This document shows positions 55,929 through 64,000 of a stretch of DNA of 64,000 nt, one piece after another. The position numbers were made by a program, and so were the translations under genes. The DNA lies in NCBI GenBank assembly GCA_964479725.1, contig CAYZNF010000002.1, positions 1,383 to 65,382 on the forward strand. The letters run 5' to 3'. The stretch comes from an uncultured Candidatus Saccharibacteria bacterium. GTDB lineage: Bacteria; Patescibacteriota; Minisyncoccia; Minisyncoccales; UBA10102. The notes under the pieces were generated by a model. That model ran no database searches. It was not told the origin of the DNA and saw nothing but the letters and a program-made list of their open reading frames with translations. Every line of letters starts with the position of its first letter. Position 1 is the stretch's first letter.

Positions 55929-56951
55929 ATGGGTATATCGGAATTACGAACGAGGGCAGAACAAGAGATCTTGCATAGCCAAAGCCTAAAAGAATTAGAC
56001 GAGGTTTTGCGAAAGTTTCTAGGCAAAAAGGGAGAATTAACCCTTATTTTGCGTTCCCTCGCAACGCTAGACGAAGCCGAACGCGAAAAAGCCGGCAAAG
56101 AATCCAATGAGTTAAAGCAAGATTTGCTTTCGTGGCATCAAAATCGAAAAGCCGAACTGGGAAACAAGGAACTGCGCGAAAAGGAGAAGAATGAATGGAT
56201 TGATATTACCGCCCCGGGCACAAAGTTTTCCCAGGGGCATCTTCACCCCATTACTTTGGCACAGCGCAGGGCAATTGAAATTTTTGAAGGGATGGGCTTT
56301 GGCGTTGCCGAAGGGCCGGAGATTGAGAGCGAGTGGTATAATTTTGACGCGCTCAACATTCCGCCAAACCATCCCGCGCGCGATATGTGGGACACTTTCT
56401 GGCTAAAGCCAAGAAACGCGAATATGCTCCTTCGTACCCATACAAGCCCAGTGCAAGTGCGCTATATGGAAAAAAACAATCCTCCTTTAAGAATTATTGC
56501 CCCGGGGCGGGTATTCAGGTACGAAGCAACAGATGCCCGGCATGGATTTCAACTATACCAACTGGAAGGTTTAATGGTAGGAAAAACAGTTTCGGTTGCC
56601 AATTTCAAGGCAATTCTGCGGGAATTTTATCGCCGGTTTTTTGACTCACCGGTTACCCTACGTTTGCGGCCAAGCTATTTTCCTTTTGTGGAACCTGGTT
56701 TTGAAGTGGATATGAGCTGCGTATTTTGCAAAGGAAACGGCTGCCAAAGTTGCGGCCAAGCAGGATGGCTCGAAATGATGGGAGCCGGTATGGTGCATCC
56801 TAAAGTATTTGAAGCAGTAAAGTATATCCCCAAGGACTGGCAAGGGTTTGCCTTTGGCATGGGCATTGATCGATTGGCAATGATGAAATACAAAGTAAAC
56901 GACATTCGGTTGTTTTACAGCGGGGAATTGGGATTCCTGCGACAATTCTAA
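55929..56951 (+). CDS. pheS: Phenylalanyl-tRNA synthetase alpha subunit
   Basis: Class II motifs (FRYEATDARHGFQLYQLEG, GFAFGMGIDRLAM); the track start at 55884 is an extension through the promoter. Confidence 0.92.
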   Translation: MGISELRTRAEQEILHSQSLKELDEVLRKFLGKKGELTLILRSLATLDEAEREKAGKESNELKQDLLSWHQNRKAELGNKELREKEKNEWIDITAPGTKFSQGHLHPITLAQRRAIEIFEGMGFGVAEGPEIESEWYNFDALNIPPNHPARDMWDTFWLKPRNANMLLRTHTSPVQVRYMEKNNPPLRIIAPGRVFRYEATDARHGFQLYQLEGLMVGKTVSVANFKAILREFYRRFFDSPVTLRLRPSYFPFVEPGFEVDMSCVFCKGNGCQSCGQAGWLEMMGAGMVHPKVFEAVKYIPKDWQGFAFGMGIDRLAMMKYKVNDIRLFYSGELGFLRQF

Positions 56952-57008
56952 AAATAAATGCAGTTCTTCATTCGTAGAATTCGCATACATTTGTAGATTC
57001 GAATCATG
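56952..57008 (+). repeat. Intergenic repeat element copy 2 (5'-truncated); the pheT ATG lies inside its 3' end
   Basis: aaataaatgcagttcttcattcgtagaattcgcatacatttgtagattcgaatcATG; 44 nt identical to copy 1. Confidence 0.85.
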
Positions 57009-59054
57009 CTTTATTCATATAACTGGCTCAAAGACTACATAAAAGAAAATTTATCGGCCCCAAAGAAACTGGAGACGCTTTTGGCCATGCACGCCTTTGA
57101 AGTTGAGGAAGTAACCCGTGCGGGAAAAGACTGGATTTTTGATATTTCTGTCCTGCCAAACAGAGCGCATGACACCTGGAATCATCTTGGTATGGCTAGA
57201 GAGGTAGCGGCAATTACCGGTCAAACCCTTGTTGAGCCCGAAAAAAGCACCCTTACGGTCAAACGCGGCACTTTAAAGCCCCTACAGACAACAATCACAG
57301 CCAAGGAACTTGTTACTCGCTACGCCGCTTTGGTTATAGAGGGAATCAAAGTAAGAGAATCTCCAAAATGGCTTAAAGATCGCCTTGAGGCTGTTGGCAT
57401 TAATTCAATCAACACCATTGTTGACGTTACCAACTACGTCATGCTTGAAATCGGCCAGCCTATGCACGCTTTTGACTACGATAAAATTCAGGGCCATAAA
57501 ATGCTTGTACGCAAAGCCGTAAAAGGAGAAGAGCTTGTAGTTTTAGACGATTCCAAACTGTCGCTCCCCGAAGGCGCTTTGGTTATTGAAGATGCGAACG
57601 GTTTAATTGACCTTGCCGGTATTAAAGGCGGAAAAGTGAGCGGCATATCCGAGGAAACAAAAAATATAGTTCTGCAGGCAGCCGCATTTGATTCCGAAAA
57701 TATTTACCGAACCAAAAAACAGCTCGACTATCGTACGCAAGCGGCTGACATGTATGCGGCCGGACTTGATCCCAACATTGCCGAAACGGGTTTGAAAAGA
57801 GCCTGGTACCTGATCCAGCAGTTGGGAGGCGGCACACTAACCCAAATAATTGATATTTATCCCAAAAAAACCAGACCCACCGTTATTTCTCTCGATCTTG
57901 AATATGCCGATAGGCTGCTTGGCCTCCAAATACCGGACAAAGAAAGCATTGCGATACTAAAGCGGCTTGGGTTTTCGGTTATTCCAAAAAAAGGCTCAAA
58001 AAACAAACGGCTTTTGCAAGTAACAATTCCCACAAGAAGGGTTGATGTAAGCATTCCGGAAGATCTTATTGAGGAGATTGGTAGAATTTATGGATACGAA
58101 CATATTGTCGAGCATTTTCCCGCCGCTTCCTTGCTTGCCCACGAAAAAAACTTGAACATTTTTTGGCAAGATCAGCTCCGGGACGCCCTAAAAACCGCCG
58201 GCATGACGGAAACGTATAATTTGTCATTCATCGGCCAGGCTGATGTTGCGCAGTTCCGGTATTCGGAATACGAAATAAAGAGGCTTGTTGAGCTGGAAAA
58301 CCCCTTAAGCGAGGACATAAAGTACATGCGCCCCAGCTTAATCGAAAACCTTGCGAAGAATATTGCTTTGAACCAGAAAAAACACCCCGACATTAAACTT
58401 TTCGAAATCGGCAAAATATATTTTAAGGAATCCGGAAGACTCCGCGAAGAAAACGAAGCGACAGGAATTATGTTCAACCAATCTTTTTATGATATCAAAG
58501 GAATCGTTGATTTTCTTTTTGAGAGTTTGGGGATACCTGGAGTTTGGTATGACAACCATGAGCAGATAGCAGAAAGAGAAGCCGGAACTGTATGGCATCC
58601 TAAAAAATCTGCTGAAATTAAAGTGGGGGATAAGCAAATCGGATTTCTTGGAGAAATATCGCAAGATATACTTTATCGTTTTAAAATTACCAAACCTGTA
58701 TGCGCGTTTTCCCTTAACTTTGACGCAGTCTCATCCCTTGCCAGCGAAGAAAAAGAATACCGTCCAGCTTCCCGTTTTCCGGCATCAATACGCGACATTG
58801 CAATCATTGTACCTTCCAACATACGCACGGTAGATATAGAAAATCTAATCGAGACTGCGGGCGGAGAGCTTGTGGAAGATGTGGATATCTTTGATGTGTA
58901 CGAAGGAGCGAAAATAGGTGAAAGTAAGAAAAGTATGGCTTTTAACATACTCTACCAGGCAAACGACCGAACTCTGACTAATGAGGAAGTTGACCAATTG
59001 CACACCAAAATAATCAGCGCATTGGAACAAAATCCCGAATGGGAAGTCCGATGA
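57006..59054 (+). CDS. pheT: Phenylalanyl-tRNA synthetase beta subunit (short, lacks the N-terminal tRNA-binding OB domain)
   Basis: 682 aa; B3/4 and B5 domains, FDVYEG C-terminal anticodon-binding-like domain. Confidence 0.9.
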   Translation: MLYSYNWLKDYIKENLSAPKKLETLLAMHAFEVEEVTRAGKDWIFDISVLPNRAHDTWNHLGMAREVAAITGQTLVEPEKSTLTVKRGTLKPLQTTITAKELVTRYAALVIEGIKVRESPKWLKDRLEAVGINSINTIVDVTNYVMLEIGQPMHAFDYDKIQGHKMLVRKAVKGEELVVLDDSKLSLPEGALVIEDANGLIDLAGIKGGKVSGISEETKNIVLQAAAFDSENIYRTKKQLDYRTQAADMYAAGLDPNIAETGLKRAWYLIQQLGGGTLTQIIDIYPKKTRPTVISLDLEYADRLLGLQIPDKESIAILKRLGFSVIPKKGSKNKRLLQVTIPTRRVDVSIPEDLIEEIGRIYGYEHIVEHFPAASLLAHEKNLNIFWQDQLRDALKTAGMTETYNLSFIGQADVAQFRYSEYEIKRLVELENPLSEDIKYMRPSLIENLAKNIALNQKKHPDIKLFEIGKIYFKESGRLREENEATGIMFNQSFYDIKGIVDFLFESLGIPGVWYDNHEQIAEREAGTVWHPKKSAEIKVGDKQIGFLGEISQDILYRFKITKPVCAFSLNFDAVSSLASEEKEYRPASRFPASIRDIAIIVPSNIRTVDIENLIETAGGELVEDVDIFDVYEGAKIGESKKSMAFNILYQANDRTLTNEEVDQLHTKIISALEQNPEWEVR

Positions 59055-61194
<2,140 letters not shown>

Positions 61195-61222
61195 GTTCAT
61201 CCCCAAGCTCTTGCTTGACTAA

Positions 61223-61251
61223 TTGACATTTTACCCGCGATTTGGTAGAGT
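61223..61251 (+). promoter_or_regulatory. Promoter TTGACA-17-TAGAGT ending 5 nt before the secE ATG
   Basis: Hexamers read directly; implies a leaderless secE-nusG-rplK transcript. Confidence 0.5.
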
Positions 61252-61256
61252 AGGGC

Positions 61257-61484
61257 ATGGCCCAAAGGGTCTTTTTTAAAATGAATGCAACTTCACTCCC
61301 GACAAAACTCACAGCGTTCCTCAAGGAGGTGCGCACAGAGGTCAAGAAAGTAAACTGGCCTACACGCAAGGAAACAGTTTTTAATACGATTCTAGTTATC
61401 GTGTTTTCCGTCGCGGTAGCCGCGTTTTTAGGTTTCTTTGACTATATTTTCACGAACATTATCCAAAGGTTCATTATTTTGTAA
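61257..61484 (+). CDS. secE: Preprotein translocase subunit SecE
   Basis: 75 aa; KEVRTEVKKVNWPTRKETV then a single TM helix; canonical position before nusG. Confidence 0.85.
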   Translation: MAQRVFFKMNATSLPTKLTAFLKEVRTEVKKVNWPTRKETVFNTILVIVFSVAVAAFLGFFDYIFTNIIQRFIIL

Positions 61485-61489
61485 GGTCT

Positions 61490-62035
61490 ATGCCAAAACA
61501 GCAAGTATCCCAAGAGCGGAACTGGTATGTTATACATACATATTCCGGCTATGAAGATGCGGTAGCTCGAAACCTTAAGCAAAGGATTGAGTCTTTGGAT
61601 ATGGAAGATAAGATTTTCCAGATCATGGTGCCCAAGGAAAAGAAAATCAAGATCAAGAACGGCAAGCGAAAAACCGTGGAAGAAAAGATATATCCTGGAT
61701 ATGTCCTAGTGGAAATGATAGTAACCGATGAATCCTGGTATGTGGTGAGAAATACCCCCAATGTTACCGGTTTTATCGGTTCCGGCACGGTTCCTATACC
61801 GGTTTCCCGTCAGGAAATCGAGTACCTGCAAAAGCGCATGGGCGCAGAAACCCCCCAATTCCAAATCGAAGTAGCTCCGGGCGACCCGGTTAAGATTATC
61901 GACGGCCCTTTCAAAGATCACGATGGAAAAGTTGCGGAGATAGACCCGGCGAGAGGAAAGGTAAAAATATTGGTCAGCATGTTTGGCCGCGAAACTCCGC
62001 TCGAGCTTGATTCGTTACAAATAAAGAAGTTATAG
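61490..62035 (+). CDS. nusG: Transcription termination/antitermination factor NusG
   Basis: NGN domain ([11 protein letters not shown]) and KOW ([22 protein letters not shown]). Confidence 0.93.
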   Translation: MPKQQVSQERNWYVIHTYSGYEDAVARNLKQRIESLDMEDKIFQIMVPKEKKIKIKNGKRKTVEEKIYPGYVLVEMIVTDESWYVVRNTPNVTGFIGSGTVPIPVSRQEIEYLQKRMGAETPQFQIEVAPGDPVKIIDGPFKDHDGKVAEIDPARGKVKILVSMFGRETPLELDSLQIKKL

Positions 62036-62054
62036 TGTATTCGCATCATTTTAT

Positions 62055-62477
62055 ATGGCAAAGGCAATCAAAAAAACAGTAAAACTGCATATTGCGGCTG
62101 GCCAAGCAACGCCAGCGCCTCCGGTTGGACCCGCTTTGGCCCAGCACGGAGTGAACATCGGAGAATTCATCAAAAAATTCAACGAGGAAACAAAAGATCG
62201 GATAGGATTTAAGTTGCCTGTAGATATCACTATTTACGAAGACAGGACATTCGCCTTCAAAACCCACCAGCCCCAGGCTTCTGCCTTGATTAAAAAAGCG
62301 GCTGGAGTTGAAAAGGGCTCCGGTACTCCCAACAAAACAAAAGTAGGGAAGATCACAAAAGGCCAACTCGAAGAAATTGCGAAACAAAAAATGCCAGACC
62401 TTAATGCGGAGGATTTAGAAGCCGCCAAAAAAATCATTGCCGGCACCGCCAAATCCCTGGGTATTGCTGTAGAGTAA
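62055..62477 (+). CDS. rplK: 50S ribosomal protein L11
   Basis: 140 aa; [26 protein letters not shown] signature. Confidence 0.95.
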   Translation: MAKAIKKTVKLHIAAGQATPAPPVGPALAQHGVNIGEFIKKFNEETKDRIGFKLPVDITIYEDRTFAFKTHQPQASALIKKAAGVEKGSGTPNKTKVGKITKGQLEEIAKQKMPDLNAEDLEAAKKIIAGTAKSLGIAVE

Positions 62478-62479
62478 GC

Positions 62480-63421
62480 TTAAAACCCTCCCACAACCGT
62501 TATTTCTCCCCTAAGAACAGGATGGGGATCGTACCCTTGGATTGCGATATCTTCGAACTTGAAATCATCTATATTGGTTATGCTCGGATTCAAAGCGAGC
62601 GTTGGAAATGCGCGAGGTTCCCGCGTAAGCTGTTCACGAACCTGCTCATAATGATTGCCATAAATATGGGCATCGCCGAAGGTATGCACAAAATCGCCTG
62701 GTTTGTATCCGGTTACTTGAGCTACCATATGCGTCAATAAGGCGTAACTGGCGATATTGAAAGGCACGCCCAGAAACATGTCTGCCGAACGCTGGTAAAG
62801 CTGAAGCGAAAGTTTATTATTTGCGATATAAAACTGGAAAATCGTATGGCATGGAGGGAGCGCCATCGCAAATTCCGGAGAAGCGGCCATTTCATAAATG
62901 TATTCCGGATTCCACGCTGATACTAAATAATGCTTGCGATCGGGATGCGATTTAAGCTTGGGAAGCACCCATGCCAGTTGGTCCACGTCTCTTCCGTCGG
63001 ACGTTTTCCATTTGCGCCATTGCCGCCCGTATACAGGGCCCAATTCCCCCCATTTTTCGGCAAAACCAGCATCGTCTTTGATTTTTTGCGCAAACTCATC
63101 CTGCGTCAGCTGGGGTACCTTGTCGGTCTCCATCGCCTTTTTGTAGTTCTTATACGCCCAATCATCCCAAATATGGACACCATTATCAACCAGGTACTTG
63201 ATATTGGAGTCTCCTTTGAGAAACCACAGCAACTCATGAATAATGCCGCGCGAAAACACCTTTTTCGTGGTGAGCAAAGGAAATCCTTTCGAGAGATCGA
63301 AACGAATTTGCCGGCCAAACACGCCTTTAATCTCAATACCGGTATTGTGTTCGTGTTTTATTGCGCCATTATCCAAAATATCGCGCAGAAGGTTAAGATA
63401 CTGGTATTCGGGATGCTCCAT
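62480..63421 (-). CDS. thyA: Thymidylate synthase (ThyA, long form)
   Basis: 313 aa; [14 protein letters not shown]-like catalytic Cys region ([12 protein letters not shown]), [17 protein letters not shown]. Confidence 0.93.
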   Translation of the reverse strand: MEHPEYQYLNLLRDILDNGAIKHEHNTGIEIKGVFGRQIRFDLSKGFPLLTTKKVFSRGIIHELLWFLKGDSNIKYLVDNGVHIWDDWAYKNYKKAMETDKVPQLTQDEFAQKIKDDAGFAEKWGELGPVYGRQWRKWKTSDGRDVDQLAWVLPKLKSHPDRKHYLVSAWNPEYIYEMAASPEFAMALPPCHTIFQFYIANNKLSLQLYQRSADMFLGVPFNIASYALLTHMVAQVTGYKPGDFVHTFGDAHIYGNHYEQVREQLTREPRAFPTLALNPSITNIDDFKFEDIAIQGYDPHPVLRGEITVVGGF

Positions 63422-63496
63422 AAATAATTTTGTGATTTATTTTTCTCTTCCTTTTTCTTATGATATACTAGTTATAATCCCAAAACAAGAAAAAGC

Positions 63497-64000
63497 ATGA
63501 AAACCTTTATTGTTGCCGCTTTAACCGCCGACGGGCTTATCGGAAAAGACTCTAACCATCAGGCAAACTGGACCTCAAAGGGGGATAAGGGTTTTTTCGT
63601 GGAACTCACAAAACGAGCCGGAGTTATGATCATGGGCATGAATACCTGGAAAACCATTGATCGCGCCATGGAAAACAGGCTCAAGATCGTGTACACAAAA
63701 GAAAATCTCACGTCGGACCAGCCGGATGTGCGATTTACCCAAAAAGACCCCGCAGAATTGCTTAAAGAGCTGGGAAACCAAGGCTATGAAGAGATTGCCA
63801 TTATCGGCGGACAGCAAATTTTTACCCTGTTCCTGGAACAAAACTTAGTGGATACCATATATTTAACAATAGAGCCCGTGATTTTTGGATCGGGAATGAC
63901 GCTTTTTAACAAGCCTATTTTCAAAGAATTGGAATTTAAATCGATCAAGGTCAAATATCTGAAAAAGCACAACACGAATACAGTATTATTAGAGTATAAT
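63497..64000 (+). CDS. Dihydrofolate reductase family protein (RibD-C-terminal-like), 3' partial at window end
   Basis: MKTFIVAALTADGLIGKD...MGMNTWKTI...IIGGQQIF; divergent from thyA; runs off the window, so it is absent from the ORF track. Confidence 0.75.
   Translation, partial: MKTFIVAALTADGLIGKDSNHQANWTSKGDKGFFVELTKRAGVMIMGMNTWKTIDRAMENRLKIVYTKENLTSDQPDVRFTQKDPAELLKELGNQGYEEIAIIGGQQIFTLFLEQNLVDTIYLTIEPVIFGSGMTLFNKPIFKELEFKSIKVKYLKKHNTNTVLLEYN

Overview
This 64-kb window reads as one stretch of a small-genome bacterial chromosome. Calling it a Patescibacteria/CPR-like organism is an inference from several observations: no L30 gene, a compact AlaS, an RpoA with no alpha-CTD, and many promoters that sit almost on the ATG. 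It carries the str-S10-spc-alpha ribosomal protein superoperon (rpsL, rpsG, fusA, tuf, rpsJ through rplO, secY, two adk genes, map, then infA, rpmJ, rpsM, rpsK, rpsD, rpoA, rplQ, rplM, rpsI).

The map-infA junction is interrupted by about 12.8 kb. That block holds an AT-rich Type II restriction-modification pair, envelope/sugar genes (GT2, GalT-like, DedA), tpiA, mnmA, an IS110-like transposase remnant flanked by 68-bp structured direct repeats, alaS and an FtsA/PilM-like ATPase. Downstream come murA, two mreB paralogs, holB, frr, rseP, proS, gatCA, a tRNA cluster (an atypical initiator-like tRNA, tRNA-Met CAT, tRNA-Asp GTC), and an accessory stretch. The accessory stretch contains a GC-rich methyltransferase, a P-loop ATPase, a zincin-NDH-2 fusion, an SNase-like nuclease, a promoter-driven GC-rich probable ncRNA, and a 1040-aa surface protein with pseudopilin-like motifs and an 18-nt poly(A) tract in-frame. 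The window ends with DedA, an ABC transporter, pheST, gyrB, secE-nusG-rplK, and divergent thyA / dfr where rplA would normally sit. A ~60-90 bp repeat occurs three times immediately upstream of gatC, pheT and gyrB.
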